Origin: Magallana gigas
Lineage: Eukaryota
NCBI RefSeq assembly: GCF_963853765.1
Contig: NC_088861.1
Location: forward strand, 19,654,001-19,718,000
Reading direction: 5' to 3'
DNA: 64,000 bases
The notes under the pieces were generated by a model. That model saw only the letters and a program-made list of their open reading frames with translations. It ran no database searches and had not been told where the DNA came from. Position 1 is the stretch's first letter. Each line of letters starts with the position of its first letter. The translations under genes were made by a program, and so were the position numbers. Positions 1 through 20,000 of the stretch are shown in pieces.

Positions 1-1375
1 TTGAATAGTATTTGAATAGCACATATCTAAATATACCCAACAAATGGCCAACATACCAAGTTCTCATCAGAAATCAACAAAATTTTGCTCCCATGAAAAA
101 TTTTATGCTTCAAAAGTATATATATATACATGTATGTACATGTATAACTTGACTTTCTTTGACATAATTCTTTAAAAAGTATATGTTAAGTTATAATTGG
201 TTCGCATCAAACTACGTACAGTTAAGTCACTGTTTTGACAATAAATACCCATAAAAATATGGCAGTATATTCAAGAACAAGAGTATTACAAACATGCTTT
301 TATTGTTGCTAAATAAATCAAAATTACGAAAGTAGTTTTGCAAAATAAAATGGTCAGATCTTCCTCATGCATGCACCAGGGACAGTCACGGCATTCCACC
401 TGGCAATTATATTTGCAATTGTTTCTGCAACATATGGAAAGAAATCCTTCAGAATTTATTAATATAAACTAAATCTGTACAACAGCAGAGTGACACTATT
501 TCAGACATAAAAGTACAATTGTATTCATGAGAAACATCTTGAAACATCCAAAGTACCGCATGGATTTTGAATCGCTCGTACTTTTAAACTTCCTCTAAAA
601 TAGATACTATGTCATGGTTTTCATAAGGGCGTTGTTGGTTTTTTATTTTTCAGTTGTTGGAAATGTTGGAGATACATGTATTAAAAATTACTGTTAAATT
701 TCAAAAATGTTTAAATACTGCTAATATTCATGAAATACCATCCACCATCCCCCCCCCCCCCCCAAAAAAAAATTTTTTTTTAATGGGCGTTCAGTGGATT
801 AAAATTGAGAGTCTTACAATGGAACAAATAAAATACGTATTAAATAATTTGAACGTTGGATCATTGCACTGATATATTTATGAACACAATATTACATCCT
901 TTCATATATATATCCTTACATATTATTGTAACCTATTCGACCGATACAACAACTTTCTACAATGCAGACCTACCATTAATTTAATCACATTTGACCTTGA
1001 CAACAGGACACAATAAGATCATACTTCTTGGTACTATGATAAAAATTTTATGCCCCGCCACTGATACATTTTATGTTTTTCCTCCTCTGCGATTATTTTT
1101 AAATCATATAAATAGGTCATAGTGACCTTAGTTTTTCCTCCTGTAAAAGGACCTGTGTTAAAGTTGCATATATATAGCCAAGACTATTGAGTGTACTCAG
1201 TGTACTGGTAGCACCCTTTAACTGCTACAAATCTTACATTTACCGAAAACAACAAGGAAGAATTGATGTGAGATGGCCTTAACCTGTAGCTATAAAAAAC
1301 GAGAAAAAACACCATTGATTTCTTTTTTATGACTTACAATTGACTTCATTGTTGCTTTGATATTTCAAGGACCAG

Positions 1376-1378
<3 letters not shown>

Positions 1379-1438
<60 letters not shown>
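1379..1438 (+). repeat. (GA)n microsatellite
   Basis: ~30 GA units. Further GA/CT tracts at ~5041-5076, 23823-23862, 26165-26198, 27294-27351, 48790-48841 and 50574-50602. Confidence 0.95.
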
Positions 1439-1440
<2 letters not shown>

Positions 1441-1949
1441 TTAAAATTATGTACTAGCAGCTTTTCTCAGCCTTGAAACAGAGTACAAAGTACTTAATCT
1501 GAAACAATTATTTCACTACTGGGCTCCCTATTTCACTCAGTCCTTGTAGCGCGACATGTGCAAGCATAAGTCCTACAGGCACTTAGTACAAGTAGTGGCA
1601 AACACTTACACTGGCCTCCACCAAATACACCTACGGTACTAATATCACTGTGGACTGACTGATAAACACACAGACACCCACCTCATTTACGGTACTAAAA
1701 TCTTACAGTGTAAACGGCAATTTATTCAATTAAACCTAACAATAAATCTGTCCCCTTATCATGTTGCTGATCCATGATGTATATTCAGCATTTAATGAAA
1801 TACTGGAACACAGACTTTACTTAATCTATTAAAAGTTTTTTTTTTCATGATCCTTTGAACCAGTTTCCTTTATTATGCAACCTATGAAATACATATATTG
1901 TACAGGTACATGCATAGATACATATATTTTTACATCTAACGAGTATGAT

Positions 1950-2410
1950 TGCCTCTATTTCATACGGAAACTTGTAGTTAATTCATAGCTCTATAGAAAC
2001 AGCCAGACTGAAATCTACACGCCCAATTCGTCGATTGGTCGAAACCTACAGAGACCTAAGAAAAATCAGGGATTGTACGAAATGATGATGATGTACCAGA
2101 CTCAAATTCCCATAGGAGACAATTTGGCCGTTTCGCTTAGCTAACGTACTGATGTACATTAACAGTAATTTAGTTGATTTAAGTTACTTTTTAGTACAAT
2201 CAATTTATTAAAAGAAAGATGTAAACATAAACAATAAAAGGATTTCTTTGGTGATTCATGCAGATTGTGAAGGTAACGATCATTGCAGAAAAAATTTATA
2301 TTACCCGTTAACGTCGTTTTGGGTTTTTTTTTGGTTTTTTTTTGCAATGTGGCCACCTTCATATCCCACTGGATCACCAAAGAAAGCATTTTATTTATTG
2401 TTTATAAATA
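1950..2410 (+). mobile_element. Hairpin-ended non-autonomous interspersed element, copy 1
   Basis: Shares catagctctatagaaacagccagactgaaatctacacgccc...ggagacaatttgg...taacgtact...aaacaataaaa...tgattcatgc...gaaggtaacgatcattgcagaaaaa with the copies at 35.8 kb and 37 kb. Ends in an imperfect long palindrome (~2221-2405). Confidence 0.75.
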
Positions 2411-3074
2411 CATGCAATAGGTTAGCAGTTGTTTGAAGACGGTTGCATGGGCTCTCTGCAATGGCAGAAATATCAAAGTCCTGGTCCCCCCTTTTTTCAA
2501 TTCCAAGTTCATGAACCTGTACCACAAGATTAAATAGCCAAGGGTTCTAAACTGTATGAACAGATGAACTAGTCTAAGAAAACTTGGTCAAGAATCAGAT
2601 ATGTCTGATATGAACTAAATTTGCCTTACCAAGCCAGCATAAGGAAATTGGGATAATTTGGTTAATATATGCATTTGTGCTTAAAAGAACCTCTTTAATT
2701 TGAAAATTTGAATCATTAATTAAAATGTTTCAAAAAAAATAAATATAATCAATAGTGAATTTTTAAGGAAAAAACGAAAAGGAAAAAAATTGGACCAGAC
2801 TTCACCCAAGGAATACCGGTACTTAACGCTTAACATACTCAATTTTAGAAGTTATTAAGCAACTCTTCAAACTCATAAGTCACAAAAAACTCAACAATAT
2901 TTTGTTCCTCAGAAACGAAACTGCAAACCATCCCCCTCCCCCCCCCCCCCCCCCCCCGACACAAAAACATGTTCTCTCATGGACCTCTCTCCTTCTATTG
3001 TTTTATCATACCTTGCGTACACAAGTACGAACTCCTCCCCTAACCTCATATACTTCTTTGTTTTGTTTACATAC

Positions 3075-9595
<6,521 letters not shown>

Positions 9596-9610
9596 TTACA
9601 TGTCAAAATG

Positions 9611-9626
9611 CAAAATGGCGGAAGTG
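9611..9626. promoter_or_regulatory. Overlapping YY1-like (CAAAATGGCGG) and ETS/GABP-like (CGGAAGTG) motifs just upstream of the RRAS2 start
   Basis: caaaatggcggaagtg lies ~30 bp upstream of the minus-strand ATG at 9580. These are typical TSS-proximal housekeeping motifs. Motif match only. Confidence 0.5.
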
Positions 9627-9867
9627 AATCATTCGGAATACCTCTTGGCTTTTTATTTCCCAAGAGTAATCCGAAAGCTGTACAATATTTTTCTGATTGT
9701 CGTGCAGAAAAAGATAAATTCCTTTAAACACAATTTTTAGTTTAAAAATTTTGATTTTGATTTTTTTAGCGACAAGAGTTGCAAATTTGTGAAAAATAGC
9801 GAGAATCCGTTAAAATCCGAATGAATCATTTTTCAACTTTCCCGATTTTATTGAAACCTCGAATTTG

Positions 9868-9934
9868 ATTGGCTTACGGTTTGGAGGTAAATTTTATTGG
9901 GTTTGAAAATTTTAGTGGGAGGAGAACCGTGAGT
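9868..9934 (+). promoter_or_regulatory. Putative INCENP promoter and non-coding first exon: two inverted CCAAT boxes, CHR-like TTTGAA, 5' splice site
   Basis: ATTGG at 9868-9872 and 9896-9900, TTTGAA at 9902-9907, donor aacc|gtgagt at 9929. The INCENP ATG (11080) follows an acceptor directly (tttatag|ATG), which suggests an upstream UTR exon. Confidence 0.45.
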
Positions 9935-10482
9935 ATTGTGTTGTAGATCAACATACTAATTATTAAGCAAATTTCTTAATTTGCAGTGCTTGGCACAATA
10001 CATTGAAATGATCAAAATATTTACACTCATTTACATACTTTAATTTGACATCCAATAACAATGAAGAGTGGATGTAGATCTAACTTTAGCGTTGTATGGT
10101 GGCTCTCAATCATTAATTAAACTGAGAATGCAATGCTTGGTGATGGGGTCGTTTATACATTTCACTAGTGTATTATTAATATATATGTGCCCCTTTTCTA
10201 AAAGATTTAAACGTTAAAAGGTAGTCTAAAGTGGAAAATTCCAAAAACGCCAAAGGTCCTTAGGACATTTTGAAATTATTACTGTTGTACTTCTGGAAAG
10301 AGTACTTGTAAAAGGTACTAATATTATTGTTTTAAATTTTATAATTGAAACAATAAAGCCCCCCTCCAAAAATATAGCTTGAAAAGAACTGTCACTGCTG
10401 TGAAATAACAGATTGGAACTGATTACCCAAAAAGACAATAGCCTATATATTAGCTTGTTTGAGTCAGAATGATAATTTACAG

Positions 10483-10616
10483 CACAGGAGTCGGCAATTT
10501 TTTATCAATTTGTTGTAAATAAATGAGAAACATGCTCGCGAAGCTCACTGGTAAATTTTTGCCTGTTTCTCACTTATGTTTACAACAAATTTATAATAAA
10601 ATCGCCAGCTCCTGTG
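10483..10616. repeat. Long imperfect inverted repeat (~50-bp arms) with gcgaagc in the spacer
   Basis: cacaggagtcggcaatttt...tgagaaaca versus tgtttctca...aaaatcgccagctcctgtg. Lies in the putative INCENP 5' UTR intron. Confidence 0.7.
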
Positions 10617-11079
10617 ATTACAGTTAACTCGTAACCAAACAGACTTGTAATCAAATTGTCAAGTAACAAATGACTTCATATATAATATTATGCCTGCCTT
10701 CAAAGTGTGAGAAGAATTTATAAATTTGTCAATCAAATTAATCTTGATTTTTTTTTAATGAAAATATGTAAAATGTTCTATCAAATATTGATATAGGGAC
10801 CTCTTTAGCAAACTCATAGGAGATGACATTATATTATCAGGAGTTCTACATTTATCTCATAATTTTCTCAATTATTGTAATTATATCAAAACCTAACCCT
10901 AACAGATTATCTTTAAAATTTAAAACCCAAGGATCATTGTTTACCACTGGACCAATAGATTATTAGTCTGTTTGGGTACGAGTCGGTTTTGGTATGACTT
11001 CACTTGACTCCAGAATGATATATATATCTTACATACTTTGATATTATATATGATTAATTTATTTTGATCTGATTTATAG

Positions 11080-14000
11080 ATGCCAAAAGCAAAAAAGGCA
11101 AAGAAGAATGTTCCAGAGGTGGCAGAAGTGCCTGCTGGCAATGCCTGCATGGTTGATGAGCGCATGGAGAGTGTCATCGGTAAGCTGTTTGTGTCCTCCT
11201 TCACACGGCTTCATCAGATCATCCAGAAGGAAGTGGTGGAGATGTGTGAGGAGGAGTACCGCTGGGCCGAAGAACTACTGGAAGAAGTCCGGCGTGAATT
11301 TGCTAGGTGAAAAGATGATTCTAAATGGTTACCTTACAAATTCAGTTGGCTATATTTTCCCTAAATTCTCCTTTTAATCCTCGCTCCGGCTTTAAGTAAG
11401 AAATACTGATCCGAAGGAAATTCAAGTAACATAGACATTTTAATTTCAACATTTCCTTAAGTAAGTTATAAATCTTTAAAATCTGTATGTTCAATGAACA
11501 ATAAAAATTTCCAAAGGTCCAAGACCCAATTTTAAAATGTCAGAAAAACAGCTGCTAACTACTGCATACATACATTCAATAAATGCTTCGTAGACTATTT
11601 TTGAATTATAGCTTGTTTGTTGTTTAGATGATGGTATATATGTATTTATATTTCAAATAAATATAACTGAATTAAATGAGATTTTAAATCATCTCTGTTC
11701 TAGTCCTGTCAGCAAGATCAACTTATTGCCAAAGACACCTTCAGCAAAGCGCAAGAGAAAGAGAATTCAGAAGGAACCTGTCATTGAAGAAAACGAAGAA
11801 AGTGAATCTGTAAACAGGTACTTTTTTCACATACATACAATTAGGCTTCAAAAGAAAATGATGTACTGGTCCCTTCCAAAATAGAAAATAAAAGAATGTA
11901 CATGTATAATGAATGATCAGTCTTCTGACCTTTCAACCCATGCAGTTCACTGCTTATACTGATCCCTGAAAGATGAATAAATAAACTCAAGTTATCCGCA
12001 TTTTAGATACTGGTACAATTCTCTATATATTTGCAGTATCCCGAGTACTAATGTGACTGATGCAAACATCTTGGCATATGAAACACCTCCACAGCGTACC
12101 TACCGCACCAGGGCCGCCTCTAGGACCGCCCAAACCAAGAGAACCACGCGGAACCAAACAAAGCAGACCAAATTCTCAGGTAGTGAGGACCCTGCCATTG
12201 AAAAGGAACCGACCACCGAAGACAAAAGAACACCGGTCCTCAACTTCAACCGCAGTAAAGAAGTTTCTATGAAATGTGATAACTTGACTCCTACTGTGGG
12301 AGTTTCAAAAGGACAGACCTCCGAGTCCCACGTCTTCAGTCCTCCGGTAGGAAAACCAGGCAAAGGTCACGTCAGGAACAAAGTTCACGCGTATGAAGAT
12401 TACATCGAACATAAGAGTCCGTCATCGAAACAGTGTGCAGCACAGAGTTCGGTCCCGGAAACACCGGAACAGAAGGAAGGAAAAATGAATTCGGAAGAGA
12501 GTTGTAGGGAAACTCCGGAGTCGGTGTCGCGAGGGAAAAGGTCAAGTGTCCGTAAATCACTCAAATCTGCTAATGCCAGCAGGAAAAGTTTATTGAAGAG
12601 TAGCAAAATCCACTTGAATCCCAGTCATCTCCACCCATCAGAAATCTCTGAGGTACAAAACTACAAATAAATTCTTTATTGGGCCAAGGCAAACATTAAT
12701 TTGGCCCTTTTGTTGGGTTTTTTGGGTAATGATATGTATGTTTGAAGGTCTAATCAAATTTCCAATACTTACAGACACCAGAAAAGAAGAACAAATTGAA
12801 ATTGAAAAAGAAGGCAGCAAAGGTTCAGGAAGATGAGGTACAGTCAACTTTAAAAACAAAATGATAATCTATAGTCCAAAATTATCATGGCTGTCATTTT
12901 GAAAAATGTAAGAAAATGACATACAAGTCTGTATTTGTAGGAGGTGGAGAACACATCAAGTCGTCTGAGTGGCACAGATAGCACAGAGCCTTGTGTGAAG
13001 GAAAAATCAGATTCAGACAATGAAAAACCAGTTGTGAATGACACAGAGTCCATACCAGTTACACACAATAATCTTGAACCAGAACCAGTAGCGTCAAGTG
13101 AACATGAACAGGAAATGAGTGACATTCAGCCTGAACAGGTTCAAGCAGCAGAATCCATGGAAACAGAGGTTGAACCCCAAAAAGTGGAAGTGGAACACTC
13201 AAAAGACGATCAACAAGATGTCTCCATGCACAGTGCAGAAGAACCAATGTCCAGCTCTCACCATGACCCTGAAGAAGAAGAAGAAGAGGAGGAGGAGGAC
13301 AAAGAAGATGGTGGTCAGAAGAATGAAGAGAGTCAAGTTGTGGAGTCTGTCGAAAAAGAGAGCGAAAAAATGGATGGGGACGAACAAGTTGTGGAAAAAG
13401 AGGATAGAAAGTTAGAAAAAGAAGAGAAAGAGTTATCTTCAGATGAAAAAGAAGCAGACTCTGATGAAGAGGTGATGCTGATATCGGACAATGATGAACC
13501 CCAGACATCCTCGGCCACCAAACAGAAGTCAGACTCTGTGACACAGGCAGATGACGAAAGCGAGGAAGAGAAACAGCCACCTCGAACCAGCAAGCGCACA
13601 AAGCAGAGAAACCCTCCCAAACCTCCTGTCAAGTCAGAATCAGAGAGCGATGAAGCCGAAGTGGTACCCCCTAAAAGAACAAGGACAAAAACCAGGAAAG
13701 TTTTGGAGAACGAGAGCTTGGAGCAGACCAAGCCTGTCAGACAGAGCACCCGGACCAAGCAGAGGAAGCAAGAAGGGACTTCAGTGTCCTCAGCTCAAGG
13801 GTCAGAGGACACCAGCAGCGAGGTGGACTCGGGGCACGGGACTAGTGGCACCACCAGAACCACCCGCTCAAAGATGAGAAAGCCCAAAAATAGCTCTATT
13901 GCTTCAGAGGGAGATAGTAATTTTGCTGTGCCAGAGAACCCTGCTCCCAGGGCAAGGTAAGGGGTGCTTTGCTTCATACTTGGTTAAAGTTTACCTATGT

Positions 14001-17000
14001 GATTTTTAGCTCACCGAGACGAAGTCAGGGGGAGCTTATGCTATACCCTCGGCGTCGGCGTCCGGACCTGGTTAAAGTTTTTGTTGCAGGTCCTGTATCT
14101 AAGCTATTACTTGTCCTATCTTCACCAAACTTGCATGGATGATGCCTCTGGACCTACTTATGGACTTGAAAGACTTGGATGCTGAATCTGAGTCCTAAAT
14201 TTCAGATGCTGGAGGATTTTAAGGTTGTTAGACCAGGTTAAAGTTTTTGTTGCAGGTGCCCTTTGATAGCAATATCTAAGTTACTGCAGGTCCGTACTTC
14301 ACCAAACTTGCATGGATGGTGTGTCTTATGATACTGATGCACCAGACAGACTTGAGTGCTGAATCTGAGCTATAGGTTTCGGATGCTGGAGGAGGTTAAG
14401 GTTTTTGGAGCTGGTTAAAGTTTTTGTTGCAGGTGCCATTTGATAGCAATATCTAAGTTACTGCTGGTCCGTACTTCACCAAACTTGCATGGATGGTGTG
14501 TCTTATGATACTGATTCACCAGGCAGGCTTGGGTGCTGAATCTGAGCTATAGGTTTCGGATGCTGGAGGACGTTAAGGTTTTTGGAGCTGGTTAAAGTTT
14601 TTGTTGCAGGTGCCCTTTGATAGCAATATTTAAGTTACTGCTGGTCCGTACTTCACCAAACTTGCATGGATGGTGTGTCTTATGATACTGATTCACCAGG
14701 CAGGCTTGGGTGCTGAATCTGAGCTATAGGTTTCGGATGCTGGAGGAGGTTAAGGTTTTTAGAGCTGGTTAGAGTTTTTGTTGCAGGTGCCCTCTGATGA
14801 TTATATCTTAGTTACTGCAGGTCCGTACTTCACCAGACTTCCATGGATGGTGCGTCTTATGATACTGATGCACCAGACAGGCTTGAATGCTGAATCTGAG
14901 CCATACTTTTCGGATGCTGAAGGAGGTTAAGGTTTTTAGAGCTGGTTAAAGTTTTTGAAACACTGGTGCCCTCTGATGATTATATCTTAGTTATTACTTG
15001 TCCTAACTTCACCAGACTTCCATGGATGGTGCGTCTTATGATACTGATGCACCTGACAGGTTTGAATGCTGAATCTGAGCCATAGGTTTCAGATGCTGGA
15101 TATGGTTAAGTTTTTTGGAACAGGTCACATGTTTAATAGATAATAGTACTTTTTCAAACTTGCATAGTTGATTAAACTGTAGTATGAATGAATCACAGAG
15201 GAAGCTTCAGATGCAGAGCTTGATCTCCATTATCAAGGATGCTAAAAAATATATCTTAGTTATAACAGGTCCTAACTTCACCAAACTTGAATGGATGGTG
15301 TGTCTTATGATACAGATGCACCTGACAGGCATGGATGTTGAATCTGAGCCATAGGTTGCAGATGCTGGAGCAGGTTAAGGTTTTAATTGCTAGTGCCCTC
15401 TGATGATGATATCTTAGTTATTACTGGTCTGAACTTCACCAAACTTGCATGGAGATGCATCTTATGTATACTGATGCACCTGACACGCTTGAATGCTGAA
15501 TCTGAGCCAGAGGTTTCGGATGCTGGATGATGTTTAGTTTTTTTGGAACAGGTCACATGTTTTATAGATGATAGCTTGCATAGTTGATTTAACTATATTA
15601 TAAATGAAACGCAGTGGTTGCTTCAGATGCAGAACCTGATCTCCATTATCAAGGATGCTAAAGAAATCTCCTACCTCACTCAAACCTGCTCGATAGATAG
15701 ATGTGTTTGTTGATAAATGATGTAACATGATTCCTATGATATAGTATTGTATGGTATGAAACAATATTGTTTAATATGAAACAATATAATATCATATGTA
15801 ATATTATAAAAAGTTATAAGATACGATATGATATTGTATAATTTTTTTTGATATTTTATGTAATGATATTGTATCATAAAATCGTTATGTATAGTATTGT
15901 ATATAATGATACAATATTATACAAATATTGACTGGGGTTGAGGGCAACATTGATTATATTAGCCCCCGAGGGACGAAATATTGCCCGACGCGAAGCGGAG
16001 GGCAATATTTTCGTCCCAAGGGGGCTAATATAATCAATGTTGCCCGAAAACACAGTCAACATTTGTTTTGTTATATGAAGAAACAAACCAAAATTTAAGA
16101 AATTAATTGAAAACAGATCGCCGTAATTTTCTCAGCTCAACAAAGAATTCACGAATTCAATTTTGTACAAAATTCATTTCCTAAATATCCTCAGCATCAA
16201 ACGGTCACTTGTGATATTCCGCCGACCGTAAGAATTATCAGACAGGTGTTCTACCTGATTTTACTTCACAGTAATTCGCAAATCCTTACATCCGTTATGA
16301 TAGCAAACCGTTGCATTGTGCGTTCGTTGTTTACTTGCCTTGACTGACTGTCTATTATGACGTCACCTTGTTTTGGAGTCGCGAAGAATTATTTACGTCA
16401 CCGTTTACGAATCAACAAATCAGAGGCGATTATTTGAAATAGAGGGAATGTTCTCTAGATATAATTCCTAGCCGGTCAATATCTAAAAAATATTGACCGG
16501 TCAATATTTTTCGGACGAGCTGATATTACAATTATTGACTATTCGTCTATATAGAGTTATATAGTGAGAATATACTACTGAATATAACAATGTATAATAT
16601 TATATTGTATTATTAATTTATTATCTAATCACATGATACTATTACATCAGATATTGCAAAGTATAATATTGTATATTGATACTATATTGTATATTCTATA
16701 ATATTGTATCATACGATTTTGCATAATATGATATTAGTTTCTGTAATAGAGAATTCACATGAAATTGTATAATATGATACTGTTATATTATATAATATCA
16801 TATCATACGATATTGTATAATATGATATTGGTTTATAATATGATATATTATCACATCACATGAAATTGTATTGTATGATATTGTAAAATATATTATTGTA
16901 TCATATGATACCATATGTATAATATAATATTGTATTATATAATATTTTACTTTATCACATAAAATTGTACCATTTGATATGATACAATGTTGTATCAAAT

Positions 17001-20000
17001 TATATTGTATCATATGATACAATATCATATTATGTATCAAAAATGATACAGTATCATACAATATCATACTATATTTTACAATATAATATCATATGTTTCA
17101 ATGTTATGATGTATTATGTAATATGATATTGTAATATAATACTATATAATATTGTTTTATATATTATGATATTGTATTATTTGATCAAATACAATAACGT
17201 ATAACACAATACAATGTCATATCAAACGTTACAATATCATATCTCATCATTGTTTATTATGGTATTTTATTGTATTATATGATATATGTTGTAAATATGA
17301 TTGGATGCAATATTTAATTTTATATTATTGTATTGATTAACATATAAACATATGATTATCATACAATTTTTTAACAGATGATATATGATTTTGTGTCAAA
17401 ACAGAATCCATGAATATCCAAGATCATAAAGTATGATTTTCATTTAATATGATAAAGATGGTCCATAAAGGTGAAATCTCATAAGGGTGATGTCTCGTCT
17501 CGGTGAGCTTTGTAATCTGTGATTACCTATGTTTTAGGAAATGTTTCTCATTTGAATTATTAAATTCGTAAATTTATACCTTTACAATGTTATAGTCATG
17601 GCATAGATTGGAAGTTCTTTAACATGTACTATAGAATTTGAATGTGCATGTATAATTTGAGTTGAATGCTTTTGTGACGTCATAGAAGTTTACATTTTGA
17701 ATTTTTTATACTATAAAAAAGTCATGACAGAAAGCTTCTGTTAGATTTTTTCGTTTATTAAAAGAAAAGTAAATTATCTGTATTCAGGACTACCTCCAGA
17801 AAGAGGACACTAGACACGGAGGGTGAAGAGGAACTCAACACATCTCTGTCCAAGAAGACCAAGAGAGAAAGCGACACAACCTCAGAGGTAGGCACAGTCT
17901 AATGACACAACCTCAGAGAATAGCACAGTCTAATGACACAACCTCAGAGAATAGCACAGTCTAATGACACAACCTTAGAGAATAGCAAAGTCTAATGACA
18001 CAACCTTAGAGGAAGGCAAAGCTAAATAGCACAGTCTAATTATGTCTCCGACAGGGAATCAGTATTATCAAATGCAATGTACAATAAAATATTGTTAATC
18101 ATGTTAATGATGTGTTATCATATTTAAACCATCTTATCTTTGATGATCATGCATAATTTTGTCTTAACTTTTTTTGCTCTTTCTCTCAATGGAAAATATG
18201 AATATTATTTGTTTTTCTCTTTTCTAGGAAATGTCTGGTAACTCTACCGAGAGGAAAGGTAAATTTGTAAAAAAAAGAAAAAAAAAAGAAAAAAAAAAAA
18301 AGTGTTTGATAATTGTATGTACATTGTTTTTTATCCAGATTAATGTAAATGTGTGTGTATGCTATAGCTTATTGTCAACAATAAATACATGACTTGCATA
18401 GCTAGTTTATTATTTTAATTTTTTTTCTTCTATTATGTTTAGATAATGGAACAGATGATGAAAGGTAATGAAATTTGGGTTTTCATATTTTAAGAAGTTA
18501 TTTTTCCTTACATTTTATATAAGAAATATACTCAAGTACTAAAACAAAATACATGGTAAGTGGAAAAAAAAAATAAATATGACAGTTTATAATGTTGCAT
18601 CTATAAGATTTGTTTGTACATGTACCAATGAGAATGGAACTAACATAGATTTTAATTTGTGTGTGGTATTACAGGAGCAGTCAGAGTGAGGACGATACTC
18701 CAGACACAGCCCGGCAACAGGCCAAGGTACAGTACTGTTCTAACATTAAACAGACCTGGATGTCCAAGTAGCGCAGTGAACAATGCATTCACTTATCACC
18801 GCTGCGACCCAAGTTTGATCCCCTTGATCAACAGTGGTTGTATGTGAAAAGTTATGGTGGTCGCCTTCTTGGACACGTGGGTTTTCTCTGGGAACTCTGG
18901 CTTTCTCCCACATCAATGACCCCTTGTTCTAACATTCGTGCCAACGAAAGATATTAATATAAGTTGTAGAATTTTTTTATGAATCGCTGTAAACAAAAAA
19001 AACAAAGTTCAGACCTTTCTGATGTTTGATCTAAGACATTCACATACGCATACCATTAACCTTTCTGATTTATCTTATATGCCTCTTCCAGATCGTGAAA
19101 CCAGTGTCTTTCCTCAACAATCTAAGTAGCAAAATTGTGCGCCCGGCCAACCTGAACTTCAGTGGAGTCAAGTCATTCCTGCATCAGAACACTCCACCCT
19201 CCAAAATCTCCGTCAAAGTAAGAATTGCACTTAAAGTTTGAAAATTATGTTACTGTTTTACATACAGGTGACTCTAGATAACTCAAACTACTGTAGATTG
19301 GCAAATAATCATGATGGTTTTAATTTCACTATGTTCGAGATTTATCGTTTTTCCGCTAAAATAAACCCATTGTAAATATTAATATAAGTTTTATTTAAAC
19401 ATTTTATTGCTTATACTTTGATCAACTGGTTTTTTTGGAGCGTGAAATTAAAACCATCGTGACTAGTACTTTTTGAGAATTCGTGAAATTTTAACACCGT
19501 GGAATTAAAACGACTTACTGTATTTTTTTTCTCAGAGGTTGATGATAATCTACTTCTGAGAAACATGTATGGACATTGGAGAAGTGTGGATGTGTGTTTT
19601 TATCAAAACTGCTTTTCATTTGGGAACTTAAACAGGAACAGCAAGAGCAGAGAAAGAGAGAACTAGAGGAGAAGAAAAAGAAAGAGGCCGAGAGGTTACA
19701 AAAGAGGGAAATGGAGAAGAAGAAAAAGATAGATGAGCTCCGAAAGTATGTCACAACTGCATTCATCTTGATTAACATAATGAACTTTTTGTTGCTAAAA
19801 ATTAATGTATAAAATTTTTTTGTACCAGTATATATTATTAGTCTGTTAGACTTGTCAAGGTAATTGACAGAAAGTGTATAATACATATAGAGATGTAAAG
19901 TGGGAACATGATTGAACAAAAACAGTGATCACATATTTTGAGCTATACCTTACACAAGTTTTCAATTGAATCAATTCCTTGGCAGGAAACGTGAAGAGAG

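Larger units (their letters stand above)
14003..17532 (+). mobile_element. Non-autonomous Helentron/HINE-like element in the INCENP intron between coding exons 5 and 6, carrying tandem arrays
   Basis: 5' end ttttt-agctcaccgagacga (14008-14022) has its inverted match tcgtctcggtgagct at 17495-17509, followed by a short palindrome gtaatc-tgt-gattac (17512-17526) and a T-rich flank. SubTIR plus 3' hairpin is the Helentron-associated architecture. Confidence 0.65.

Noticed and set aside
1-2900. RRAS2 exons 4-6 (FxxI...RVKD...NKxDL and the CAAX end)
   Set aside because: No matching sequence found on the minus strand. A candidate acceptor near 2517 translates to non-Ras sequence.
12100-13977. Minus-strand ORFs (for example 13059-13601 and 13333-13758)
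   Set aside because: Antisense shadows of the low-complexity INCENP coding exons.
19288-19520. Possible TACTGT-type MITE in an INCENP intron
   Set aside because: The two ends are not proper inverted repeats as read, so the element could not be delimited.
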